From: Macrostomum lignano
Taxonomy: Eukaryota
Assembly (NCBI GenBank): GCA_002269645.1
Contig: NIVC01001544.1
Span: forward strand, 1 to 59,758
Direction of reading: 5' to 3'
DNA length: 59,758 nt
Position numbers and translations under genes: made by a program. Positions 45,266 through 58,023 of the stretch are shown here, in pieces; within the stretch, counting starts at the first letter, position 1, and each line of letters starts with the position of its first letter. The notes under the pieces were generated by a model. The model searched no databases, was not told the origin of the DNA, and saw nothing but the letters and a program-made list of their open reading frames with translations.

Positions 45266-48200
45266 CCCTATGAAAAATTGGCCCGAATTTTCGCCCGAAA
45301 ACATATGAAATTGGGCCCGGAACTTTAAATTTGCGGGTGAAAACTAAAAAGCGGTCGATTCACCCGGAAAGCACGCCGACAAAACGGTTGAAACTAAATC
45401 GGGCGAAAAAGCGGGACTCTCGCCCGGAAAGCGGGGAAAGCAGAAACGGCCCAGACGTGCGGGTCTCTAGCCCGTTTTTTTCTAAAAGCGTGTCCTGAGG
45501 GACTTTGACGTGACGATGCAGATTAAAAATGGGTTTAAATCAATATAGCTAAACGAGTAGGAAGCTAGGTGCCCAGGTTCCAAGATTCAACCGTACATGT
45601 ATGTTTATTATTTTAAAAAGTACTATTATAGGAGTTTATATATCGATCACAAATGGTGGGAAATAATGTGTCGAAATCATTACTTCCATGCCCTTTTGGG
45701 GAATCTTTTTGCATGCTAATCTTTAATTTTTTACACGAGCTGCGTCTGGGGACTGCGTTTAAAATTTTGACGCGGCTGAGATGCGGCTGGCGACATGGAA
45801 GTGAAATTATTTACAATCGCTTACTATAAATACCTGTTTCTGAATAAGCTATTCACAGGCTAAAATCTATTTTTATTAAGTATTTGCTGTGCTTTTCACT
45901 CTTTCATTGCGCTGACCAATGTGAAAAAAAGCTAGGAAACTATTTTGTTTGTTTTTGTTACTCGAAAAATATTTAAATTTCAGACGCCACGTTTTCAGAA
46001 CTTCGATATTTTATGTGCTAGCTAGTGAAGCGTGTTTTGTTACTTTTGTATTAATTTATCATAATCTAACAGACAAAGTTTATTTAACTTCAAAAATAGT
46101 CAATGTGAATTATTTCACTAAATGAGTCAATAGCAAGGACTGACCCCCTGCCCCTGCCCTGGTTCAGGAATTGGCAGTCACATAGTTAATTATAATTTAA
46201 TTAAGTCCAGTAATTAGCCTATTTATTTATTTCTTAAAGTTAGTAAAAATAGAAAATAATTTAGAAAACTTATCCTGATTAATATTTCACCTATAATGAA
46301 GATAGTATTGTATATGAGCACAGAGAGCTTGCTGAATGGTAAAAAGTTTTAGAACATAAGTAACAAATCAATTTAAAAAACCATTTATAAAGTCCAAATA
46401 TAGCTCGTAAAACTCTGAGTAGCATTAATATAATTTTTGCTTTTTCAAGTTTGTATAGTCTATATAGTACTTTTTAGAAAGCTATGTATTCACATTATTT
46501 TTTAATCTGTATGCTTTTTGTATTTTATTTAATATAATTTTGATAACTTATTATATTCTAAGGGAACCTAAAGCCTAGAACTGAGCATTTTTCAAGGAAG
46601 CTAATAACTTGAAAAAGTTTTGCAATTTAACATATTCCCAGAGATAAAGGCCCTTTATATCTTATAAATAAGCCTTCTTTTTGCTCTTATATGAATGTTT
46701 TAGATCTAATAATCTGAATATGTTTTGTAGAATAAACATTTACCATCAGATTTAACATTCCAAGCACTGTACTTATACCATTATAATTAAAGAAAAATTA
46801 TTAATAATCAATTTTGTTGCCTTTTAATTTAGGTTTAGATTTTATTGCTCAATAAACAGAATTTTAGCATCATCATACCATGCTCCTAAGTCATTTATGC
46901 TATGTATACATGCCCCTCAGCCAAGTTTTCCTCTGGCCATTAATGTCTGATGACATTGGACTGCTAAGCGTCGTCGCCGGGATTATGCCGTGCACTACAG
47001 GACTGGTGTTAGGCGACATACTCCAGCCCAAACAGTCTATTTTAAAGTCATGTAAAATCACAAAATCCGAGCTGCAGTGTGCCTACTCCCGATGCCGAGA
47101 GGGCCAACTACCGAGAAAGACCAGCGTCGCTAGAAAGGCGACGAAGACCAAACCAGGTGATGTTTTCATTTTTTTTGTATTGTAGTGTTGTTTAAAACGT
47201 TATTGACGCTTTTCTGCAACTGCGCCCCCTTCTACTCCAGGTGCGCTGCTTCGATTAGCTGGTGCTGCAGCATCTCAGCTGCCAGAATCTGCTGTTACGC
47301 CACCCAGCACCAGGCTCACAACCAGTGACACTGCTAACATGTTCAATCAAGCGCAGTATCGCATCCTGTCGCTCGCTGAGTTATAAATCTATACCTAAAC
47401 TTTGAACTTATGAATTTCTATCGCATTTGCTTTTGTTCTACACTGATTTGTTTTTTTCATTGCTTCGTAATGTGGCTGCGACTGGGAGGGAGGGATCTCG
47501 AAGTCACCTTAATTTGCACCAGACCCCATTACTGATCTCGGTTCTTCCTATCCTTCCGAATGTTGCTATTTCCCCCTCACATCGTTTCTCTCCTTTCTCC
47601 GTGGTCGCGCTAATACTTTCCCTATCTTAGCTATTTCACATGTGCATTCTGTGTGCACCCCTCTCCTTGCACTCTGTGCCTTAGATCTACCTCTTTTCAG
47701 TTGCAAACGTACTAGTATATTTGGTTATTTCTTAGCTGCAAATGCCCTATAAATAGTTAGTTATTTCTCCTTTTTATGGTTTTCTTCAGAATTTCTCTAC
47801 GTCAAGCCCCTTCATGTTATCTTCTTTACAACTTTGTTTGTTTCTGTTTCGATTCTTTTCTTAACCCTCCTTTGCTTTTATTACTTTAATGCTTTAATGC
47901 TTTTGTTTACTGAACGTATTGAATGCATACATTAAATATTTAAATAAACTATCGCTCACACTTTTTCTTATTATGTGGCCAAGCTTAAACATTTCTATCT
48001 AGATCTAGATTTCTTATTGAATCCCTCCAGAATTGCCTTATTTTTCTTCTCGATACATGTAGCTCTCTTGGAGGGGGTCATTTAGCTCGTACATGCAAAA
48101 TCTTCCTATTCAACTAGATACAAGTTTTATTACAGTATGAAAAGTGGCAGTCACCGTAATTAAGTTTATGCCCTCTAAAAACTTACTATAATATCGTGCA

Positions 48201-48482
48201 CTATCACTAAGACCAAAAGCAGGAAATATGACCAGCTCTTCGGGCCGGATTTGCAAGCAAAATATCGGTTAACTGGCCCGGATTTTTCGGCGCAAAATAA
48301 TTCTGGGTGAATCGCCCGTAAATATTCGGGTATAAATGCGGGTGCATGCACGGGTGCATCGCCCGAAAAACGAACTTTTCGTAACGATTCCGGGCCAGTA
48401 GCCCGGCAATTTTTACACCCGCAAAGTGCTGACGATTTCGGGTGAAGAGTAGGGTGAAAATTCGGGCCAATTTTTCATAGGG
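45266..48482. mobile_element. Non-autonomous DNA transposon with 27-bp TIRs (CCCTATGAAAAATTGGCCCGAATTTTC), putative 2-bp TSD TC, CMC/EnSpm-like
   Basis: The left end at 45266 is the reverse complement of the right end at 48456-48482. TC flanks both ends. Many GCCCG/CGGGC subterminal motifs occur within about 250 bp of each end. No transposase ORF. Confidence 0.8.
46880..47386 (+). CDS. Small spliced ORF inside the TIR element (46880-47156 + 47241-47386), about 140 aa, unknown product
   Basis: An 84-nt GT...polypyrimidine-CAG intron joins the two segments in frame (KPG|ALLRL...AEL*). No recognisable domain. Confidence 0.4.
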
Positions 48483-50585
48483 TCAGTTTATTCCTGCACT
48501 GCACATTAGAGGCATCAATGCAGACTATGTTCTAGACATTAGCAGAGAGTTAGCTTGCTTATAACTGTGCGACTGCACTGATGATGCCACTGTAGAAGCA
48601 GTCTCTCTCACTCGTTTTTACATTGGTACACCCGTTTAATACGAGCGTACGAGTCGTATAGTAGGTTTGTACGTTCCATATTTGCACTGGCACGAATTCC
48701 TTCTAAAACTCATTCATTAGATACAAAAGATATTTCTAGCTTTTTGTTATATTTGTAATCTGAACTTTGCTGCAAAACAGTTAATTGTACATAACAGCTG
48801 CATTTTGTCTGTCAGGTTTTATTACAATATTATTATTTGACTACTGCATCCACGTTTCCATGCACATGATTTTTTAGCAAAGTTGTGGTTGTGCTAATAT
48901 ATTTTCCTCAGATTACATTCGATTGAAAGAGTTCGTTTCGAACTAGTGAAGGTAAATTTCTCTCCCAGTTACATGTAGCTCGTAAGACCAGAGCAGAATC
49001 ACCCCCAGAGCTGCAATTCGTCAAAGTCAGGATACTGTAAGTCGCGTGCACTCTTTTTACAGCAATTGTTTTTTAACTTTGCGAGATCGCGTTGTTGTCT
49101 CAGTTATTTGAGCACATTCAATAAGTATGAAAACCGTTCCTTCTGCGCTGTGTTCGTCATTAATGCCCACATGCCACAGATGTCGGAACCAGGAGAATAT
49201 AGCCCACACACAAGACGCCCCTTTTGTCTCTCAGAAAAGCTCAACTCTACTGAGGACCCATGCACCGACATCAAGTCGAAGTCGTCAAAGACCTCCGTGA
49301 AATTTAATAACCCTATAATTACGAAACCAAAAGTAGAACAAAAATCTTGGCGCTAAAATCTTGCGGTCAGTGATTGGGATTTGGGACTCTTGCCCACCCA
49401 CATTAGCAGGACTTCAGTCTGCTGATTCAGTTGAGCGTCCCCACTTCAAAATCCTTCCGACACAGCTCCGCCACATCCGGAGGGTAGGGTAGGGTAGGGT
49501 AGAGTAAGGTACCAGTAGCTCATGATTCGCGTCTATATCCATCGCAAAGCACACTAGCGCACCAATACAATAGCAAAATAATATAATTATCATCAAATTG
49601 CATGGTATTTGTTAATATACGAGCGTATTTATGTTTTGAAATTGCACACGCCCATTCTACAATGACATGCTTGCGTACACAGCAGCTAGTAAAATAAACA
49701 CGCTCATGCTTAATTAACCTCGCGGGCACCAACTGGTATATTCCAATCAATTATTAATCAGCGCCATTATTCATCCTGCCTGAAAGAGCGGCAATAATGC
49801 ATTTAGGGTCGATGCACGCGGATAAATTAGCTGGGTGCAGAGACTTATAGGATAGCTACGGTGTAGTTAACTGTATATTGCTGAGTCATCGCCATTTGTA
49901 CCTGTAGCTATACACAAGCCTATACATGTAGGTGCTGATCTAGCAGTCCAAAAAGGTATAGAATACATAATGTATAACTATGACAGTATAAGTTAAGGAC
50001 CACTATAGAAATACACGTATGTTACGAGCGTAGTTATAATGACTCGTAATTAAACGTAATTAAATGGCATTTAGTAGCAATCATTCGTTGCATTAAACAG
50101 AGTTGAAACGCCGTTCTGCCAAATACATGTATAAAGTGAATCAACAATACATGGATATGTACATGTGCATGCGTCACAATTGCAGAATTCAGAAGGTCGT
50201 ACTAATTATGACAATTGGACGTTACGCTTTGCCTGATGGGCAGATATGCAACCGACAGCTCAGCTGCAGCTACAATAGAATTAATTTCATAAACCCAAAA
50301 TTTTATGAACCCGTTCAATATTTTACAAATGTGCATAATTTGTGAAAGTATAAGTTTCGAAGATGTACTTCTAATGGATCTCTTGTTAAAATAGGCTCAG
50401 CGTAAGTTTGAAATTATACGTACTGCAATGTTTTATTTTGACTCCAGAAAAGTAATCTACGGACTATTTTAAGTACAATAGTACCATGACCTTGTGCCCG
50501 CTGGGCACTTATTCTTGTCTTTTAATGCCATAGACTACATTTAAGCCCGCTTGCAGGAAAGAAATATCGAAATTAGCGGGCAGTT

Positions 50586-52065
50586 AATGTATCTGACACC
50601 GAAAAGCTGCAATAGTCTGACCAAAACTAAAACGTTAACAAGTGAACGAGCCTTAACGTACAGAAACAAATAAAAAGTATTATTGTCCATGGTCAAACTG
50701 CCAACAAACAGCAAAAGCTTTACATCTACACGCTATAGTAGTGGGAAATCCATAATAGGATATTCCCAAATGGCTTCACTGGGTTCAGTTGACGCGACAA
50801 TTCCTCTAAGTAGGTTTCAAATAGGGCTTGTGAAGTCCCATTCATGGCGCGCAGCATAGCCTTGCTAAATTGTGTCTAGATTTCGCAGGCCACATCGCGG
50901 GCCGAAATGAAGATACTCGTATGTGAGGCTAGTCTATATGGCCAAACTTTTGCCAGAACGATTGAGCTCAAGTATAACATATGTACTCGTAATTAACGTA
51001 TACTTAAAAGTTGTAACAAATAACCATTAAATGTAATTGTCACATACATTGCTAGCAAAATTCATTGTCCGTTACAGGTTCACATCTTGCTTCCATTCAC
51101 CGCTTGCCTCTTTTACAAGAAGAAGCTAATTTTAGCTCCATCAATCTCCAGAATAGCTATTGGGTTGCGCGACGGGCCAGGCTCATTGTACTCCGTCTGG
51201 CGGTGCTCCATTTGAAACCATGCACCTTCGAAATCTTCGACTCTGAGTGCAATGCTTCCGTGGGACTGCGAGAAACCTGGATCTTTCTCTTCTCAGAGAT
51301 GCGCTTGGTGTATCGATTGACGGATTCATCGCGGCGATGACCTACAAAAAATCGGTCTCTTAGAGTGATGCTATAATCTATAACTTAGCACACTTCAAAA
51401 ACAACTGAACACTGACCTGTTACAGCCTTGATTTCATCCATAGAGTGTCAAATCCGGAGTCTAGATATCTCCAGTCGCAATTCTTGAAAAATTGATCATT
51501 TTTCTCTAGCTCAGCAGGTTGAAAAAACGAATTCAAATTCAGAATGAAAAGAATTCTGATATCCACTATATCATATATCCACTATATCCACAATAACCAC
51601 TATATCACTTAACAGTCAGACTCTGGTTGATTTTATCTATGGTTAAAATGTGGGGGCGAAGTCCCCACCCCAGTTTTTGCACTCAGCCACGCTGCGGGCA
51701 GAAACAACGGCTGCGGGCAGAAACAACGATTCGGCCCGGGATTATAGTCTATGATAAAGATGGTATATCGAAAAACTGCATATACTTTGCTTAGCCCTGC
51801 ATCTAGGAGCGGGCCGAAATGAAGTGATGCGGCCCGCGAAGTATATGATACAATAGAAATATGCAGCCCTCGTATTTGTGCCGTTTCGGCCCTAGGAAGC
51901 ATAGACATATCTATATATTTAGAAATTTACTTTTAGTTATTTGTTATTTGTCAACTTTTTAAATATCATTGATGTTTAGACTAGACCATAGACCTTTTTT
52001 CAAGTCGAAAAATGTTCAAACGTTCTGGCCATAGACTATTGCAGCTTTCCGGTGTCAGATGCATT
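50586..52065. mobile_element. Possible MITE-like element bounded by 33-bp inverted repeats (50586-50618 and 52033-52065)
   Basis: AATGTATCTGACACCGAAAAGCTGCAATAGTCT versus the reverse complement of the right arm: 2 mismatches. Internal GCGGGCCGAAATGAAG occurs twice. No TSD was identified. Confidence 0.5.
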
Positions 52066-52583
52066 ATAACACGTTTTGAAGCATAGAATAAGTGTTTAAT
52101 TAGGCTTAAGTCTCTTAAAAGTATTTAATTGTACTTGAAAGTTTGTAGAAAACTTTTCTGGAGTTGAAATAATTTAACAAACGAAACTTGACAATTGCCC
52201 AATGTTCAAGTTGCAATTTCCAAGTCAAGTCAAGTCGATACAATAATGCAATCACATCAAATCAATACATACCATTCTGAGAAATCAAGTATGCTTGCTT
52301 AAAATAAAATTGAATGATTCGTGTAATACGGTGTTACTGTAAAATGTCCACAATTTCGGAAACAGCTGGTCATTGAAATTGCAATTTATATGCACCTAGC
52401 ATTTTCTTAGGCTTTTTTTACTTGGAACAAAATTTTGAACATAAGAGCGGACTGACTACTGTGTTAAGAAAGTACAACAAAAGGCGATAAAAAATTTACA
52501 ATTTTAGTACTAAATTTTTAGTTGTAGTAATTAAGTACTATTATAATTAAAATATTTAAAGTTAAATATATTATATTACATCG

Positions 52584-52792
52584 TTCGCCGAAGTGGATTA
52601 TCCGAAATGGTCTTTCGCCGAAGTGGCCTTCGCCGAAGTGGGCTTTCGCCGAAATGGACTGAAACTAAATTTAGACTAAGACACTAAATTTAGAGATTTT
52701 TTCACTTGTCGTCTTGTGGGTAGCAGGACAGTTCGGTAACAGACAATTCGGTAACAGACGATTCGGTAACATTATGGACAATTCAGTAACAA
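52584..52792 (+). repeat. Two short motif arrays: (TTCGCCGAAGTGG)-like x4-5 and (GACAATTCGGTAAC)-like x4
   Basis: Directly visible. They resemble subterminal repeats of transposon ends, but no partner end was seen. Confidence 0.6.
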
Positions 52793-54267
52793 AGCATCGA
52801 CTAAACTAGGGCCCTAAAGTTTAAGTTATAGCTATTATACTATTCATTAGACATAGAGCCTAGGCGTAGATCCTAGGCCTATCGATATTTCTTTAGTAAA
52901 AAGGTAGGTTTTTGTTATTCAGTAAAGCCAGAAAAGCCAGAGTAGGTAATTATTATAACTACAATGAAGAATCATTGCATAGGCCTGATGATAACAAAGA
53001 GGGGTTAATCCTTTTATTTTTAATTTGCAATGTAGTATTGTAACCAAACAAATGCTTATCATGGTTTTGTTATTTGGTCAATACAATAGTTTTGCTATTC
53101 TAAATTTTAGTTCCTAGTTATAGTAGGCCTAGTATAGTAGGCCTTATAATGATCTAATTTATATTAGGGCCTATTATGGGGTCTACTAAGAATTTTTTTA
53201 AATCTCAAGTTTTGATAATATCACTTTATAAATGATATAGGGGTCTTCCTCTGTCTTTAATTAAATCTCACAAAATGCCACCAAAGTTGTAATAGGGCTT
53301 TACTTCTCTCTACTCTATTAATTTCCTAATGCTAGTAGCTGCCACCAAGACTAGGCCTTATTTTATTAAGGTGGGGACGAAGAAATGAAAATAAGAATTT
53401 TAACTTGGCTTGATGTTAACTGACACCAAATGTGGGGCAGTGTAATTTTGAATTGCCACTGATGTTGAGTTTGCATAAATTAAATCTAAATAATTGCACT
53501 GATAAATCTCATTCTCAATAAAATTTCTCTTGATATTCTGGCTGCTAGGGTCTTTTTCAATTCCAGGGAGAGGGTAGTTTTGGTCGTAGATAAGCAGTCT
53601 TTGTTAGACGCGAGCATTCAGAGTAGGTCCTTAGACCAAAATTAATGTACCTTAAATGCTTGACTGATTACTTTCAGTAGAGTAGCATTGCCACCACCAT
53701 AATTTACATATTTATGGAACGTTAAAAGTCTCAGAGCTTTCTTCAAGTTAAGACTACGTTATTTTACGCTCTATTGGCAAATGACTTAAGATAAACTATG
53801 GCTCCTAATCTAGTAAAACACTAAGAAACAACTTAACACTTGTTTATTATCAACAAAATTATTATACACAAGAGAATCAACTTAACAAATGAATGATTTG
53901 GGGGTGCCACAGTGCAGGGCTCTTAAACTAAATTAATGTTCAGTTAGCAAGAATTAATAAGAATTAAGTTGATTTTGAGTAGAGGTCAGTTGGGAAGAAA
54001 AGGAAATAGGGAAAGGGTTTAAGGGGGGGATAGGCACAAGGAAGGTGGGGTTAAATACCTGAAACACAGAGCAAAAGGTGGTCAAAGAAGACCAGGAATG
54101 GGATAGGGCAAGGACACCAAGGTCCAGAACATGGTGAGAGAAAAATTCTGCAGAAAAGCACAGGAAAAACAAAAATAACCAGAAAAAAGCATACAAAAAC
54201 TAGAAAAAGGGGCTAAAATATATCATTGCTTGTGCCAGGGGGTGGATAGGTAGGACCACAAACATGC

Positions 54268-54419
54268 GCAACCTTGGGATTCACCCGGCCGTTTCTATTG
54301 GCAACACATACATGTAAGTTGCTATTGGCTAAGAGCAGTCACGTGACTACTATTCTGTCCAATAGCGATTTACATGTGTGTGTTGCCAATAGAGATGGCT
54401 GGGTGAATCCCAAGGTTGC
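54268..54419. repeat. 152-bp near-perfect palindrome (fold-back, MITE-like) centred on GTCACGTGAC
   Basis: Arms of about 62 bp with 6 mismatches. The direct repeat TAGGACCA lies at 54251 and 54431. Confidence 0.85.
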
Positions 54420-57127
54420 ACCCAAGCATGTAGGACCATATATTGGAGCACAGTAAATTAGAATGTCCATAGAATGTTATTGAAAAAAGATTCAAATTAA
54501 CCAATCAAAGTGGTAGTGTCAACTACCACACTATTATAAATTTATTATCCTAGAACAAGTCTAAGAAAATTTCTTAGAATCAGTCTGTGTATATATCTAA
54601 CTATTTGTCTGAGAATTTTATCTAAGCATAGGTCTAAGTTATTTGTATAATAATTATTCTTAGTATAGATCTAAGTATTAATTAAACTCTCATAGGTAAT
54701 GTTCTGCTGTTATTTTGGTAGCCTTCTTAACTTCTTCTGTTATCCTGGCCTGAGCAGTATATGGATTATGGTCTACTAGTATATGTACTGCATATATGTT
54801 CTTTCCAGTCCTGAGTGTTACCATGATTAGTGGGTCACGCCGTCATGGCCCTTATATGTTCTAAGATCTACTTTGTATTTCTTTTCCTTCTATTGTTCTA
54901 CTTCTCCAGTGGCAGTTTAGGGGGGGAGGGCAGCTGCCCTTGGGTGACAACAGGTCATTATCTCAAGGGGAGGGTAACTACCCCACTATCCCCATAGCCC
55001 TTAAAGAGACCCTAGGAAAAAAGCAGATGGTCACCCCTGGCATTTTTATAAAAAATTTAGTGTTGTACATTCATTTTGTAAGAAGTGTGTCATAATTTAT
55101 TTTTAATTTTTACTTTCTTAGAAGGGGGTGCCCATCTAAAGAAGGGGTGACCACCTAACTACTGCCCCCCCCCCCAACCAGAGATACTGTGCTGCCACTG
55201 TACTTCTCAGTAGTATATACTGTATGCACTTCCTTCTACTTCACTTCACTTAGAAAATGAATCAACATGGAAAAACACTTCTTAAAATATTTCATCAGAA
55301 CTCTCAAGAGATTTCTCAACTAACCATTAAGGTTGAAGGCTGATTCGAAGCTTGAATAAGAAAGCATGCTTCTTCTTACCACAAATTCGTGTCTATTTAT
55401 ACTACAATTTCAGTTCATTTAAAACAAAAAATAAATTGCAAAAATTTATTTTGAGAAATACAATTATTAAAACAAAATATTTTTTAGAAACATACAGATT
55501 TTAAAATGGCAAAGAAAGTTTGTTTTTTGCATACAAGTAAAGAATAAAACTACCTTCCATATATGCCTTTAGGCTTTATGGCTGGGCCTATGTTTTTTAA
55601 GTGCAACAATACTAAACTTTTGGACATCTTAAACTTTAGGTAGCTAAAATAGTTGCAGTTTTGACAAGATCATAATTTTGTCTCTATAGGGGTTTTTGGC
55701 GGTGCTAGCCTAATTTCAAATTTGAGCTTCATGAATCATTTTTTGTAGCCTAAAGCCAACTATCAGGGCATGGGGAATAGGGGGTTTTAGGATGGGAAAA
55801 ATTTTCATGGGGAATAATTTTATATACCTAAACTTCAATAGAGGCATTAAGGTCTATTGATAGGTAGATAAATTTGGAGACTGAGAGAAAGAGGCAACTC
55901 TTAGGGGATAGGGGGGTGTTAACAACCATAAACAAAAATGACAAATTGCTCAACATTTGTTAGAACTTAACCCTTTCATATATGCGCAACCCCCTGATTT
56001 ACACTAGGCCTCCCCTAGCCATGCAAGTTACTTTTTAACCAAAAATGCAACTTACCTGTGAAAGAAACCTTAAAGCAAAAATAATGCAATCTTGGGTAAA
56101 TGGCAAGAGTAATGACTAACTATCTTATAAAGGCTAAAGGCCTTATTATCTAATTAAGACATACTATGTCCATATTCTTTAAGGTGGGCATTTTTGTGAC
56201 TTACCCCTAGTCTATTACAATTAATAATGGCCAAATTGGCTAGGTTGGCCAGCAGTTGCATATTTATGCTTTCATAATTACCTTACTGAGCATAACAAAA
56301 TCATTTAGAAAATTTAAATTAACCTATATTTTTATTTTTTGTCCCCCTATTTTTTTAATAAAAGTATAAAAAATTATCTAATCTTGTTTCAATTTTTAAA
56401 AAGAAATTTTGGATTTCTTGGTAAAAAATATGAAGATCTTATCTCAAATTTTTCTTGTCAAGATCTTGTGATTTATGAAATCTATGCAAATTAGAATAAT
56501 TAAACTGAATTTAATCAATTTAAAGTTTTTTTCAATAAAAAAATATAGAAAACATTTGACATTTTAGGACTTACTATAAGTCCAGGGTATTTTCTAATGA
56601 ACATATCAATTGATTGTTTATTAGCATCTAGTAAATCTTATAGAATATAAAGTTTTTTTAAATAAATAGATCAATAGATGCTTCTACCTGGGAGAAGTTA
56701 ATTGAAATAAGGAATTACCAGTGGCAAAGGCAAAAGTGGGGCATTTGGCTATAATTGGTTGGTAGGATGGCAGGTTAGGGTAGGTTAGCCTTTATAAACG
56801 GGCTATTAGCCTATGCCTGAGAGTATTGAACTGATGGCACCCTAAAGTATATTATGTCTTAAGAGAGATGATATATTTACTCTTTAGAATGACAATAAAT
56901 ATACATCTTTTTAAATATATTATTAATTAAGAATTAAAACTTTATGTAGTATATATTTTGCTTTGTTTTGAAAATATACCTCTCACATACCTCTTGCACA
57001 TATTAGGCTTTCATTTATATACCAAAGATATCTGAGGTTTATCATAGTCAATTTAATGACTTATGCCCAAATTTATATTATGTATGTCTGCTTTTTGAAT
57101 GATTTTTTTTCAGCCACTGTGAAGAGC

Positions 57128-57985
57128 ATGTATGGTCAGGGCCATTCAAATTATCCACATTCATATGGTATGCCAAGCCAAGCACCTAGCTACCCTATGG
57201 CTCATCCATCTCAGTCTCAACAGCCACCACCATATGGCTTATATGCACCGCCTTTGCCAAGTTTTGCTGCTGGCAATATGCCTGACCAGATGCCAATGCC
57301 TTTGTGTCAGCCAGGACAGCCACCTTACCAGCCAGGCCAGCCACCTTACCAGCCAGGCCAGGCACCCTACCAGCCAGGCCAGCCACCTTACCAGCCAGGC
57401 CAGCCACCTTACCAGCCAGGCCAGCCACCTTACCAGCCAGGCCAGCCACCCTACCAGCCAGGCCAACCACCTTACCAGCCAGGCCAGCCACCCTACCAGC
57501 CAGGCCAGCCACCTTACCAGCCAGGACAGCCACCTCACCAGCCACCCTACCAGCCAGGACAGCCACCTCACCAGTCAGGCCAGCCACCTTACCAGTCGGG
57601 CCAACCACCTCACCAGCCAGGCCAACCGCCTTGTCAGTCAGTGTCACAGCCCTACCAGCCAGGACTGCAATCTTATTCACCGGGTTCCCAGCCTTACCAG
57701 CCAGCATCCCAGCCATACCAGCCGGGACAATCGTCGCAGTCACCATATCAACAAAGCCAGTTCTCAGCCAGTAGTCACGATAAAAGGCTCGCGGATCATG
57801 CACAGCCAGCGGCATCGAAAGCCTCGTCTGTTGAACCTTCCGCGCCGCCGCCGCCTCCTTCGCCGCCGCTGCCAACGCCGCAGTCTGCCGCCCAGCCAGC
57901 TTCTACAGGCTCGGGCAACAATACAGGCAAAGAGGCCGCTTTAGACGCCTTGGCCCAGATGATGCAAGGCGATGTCAATCTTTGA
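57128..57985 (+). CDS. Pro/Gln/Tyr-rich low-complexity protein or exon with (GQPPYQP)n repeats, unknown product
   Basis: Open frame after a strong acceptor TTTTTTTTCAG at 57113. The 21-bp repeat varies largely at synonymous third positions, and non-repetitive flanks in the same frame share the P/Q/Y composition. Confidence 0.65.
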   Translation: MYGQGHSNYPHSYGMPSQAPSYPMAHPSQSQQPPPYGLYAPPLPSFAAGNMPDQMPMPLCQPGQPPYQPGQPPYQPGQAPYQPGQPPYQPGQPPYQPGQPPYQPGQPPYQPGQPPYQPGQPPYQPGQPPYQPGQPPHQPPYQPGQPPHQSGQPPYQSGQPPHQPGQPPCQSVSQPYQPGLQSYSPGSQPYQPASQPYQPGQSSQSPYQQSQFSASSHDKRLADHAQPAASKASSVEPSAPPPPPSPPLPTPQSAAQPASTGSGNNTGKEAALDALAQMMQGDVNL

Positions 57986-58023
57986 CAGAAATGGGAAGAG
58001 ACAGCTCTTCCTGTCAAGAGACA

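Noticed and set aside
49066-51340. Short ORFs at 49066-49356 and 51065-51340 and a possible minus-strand exon near 51340
   Set aside because: No domain similarity, weak coding signal and no linked exons.
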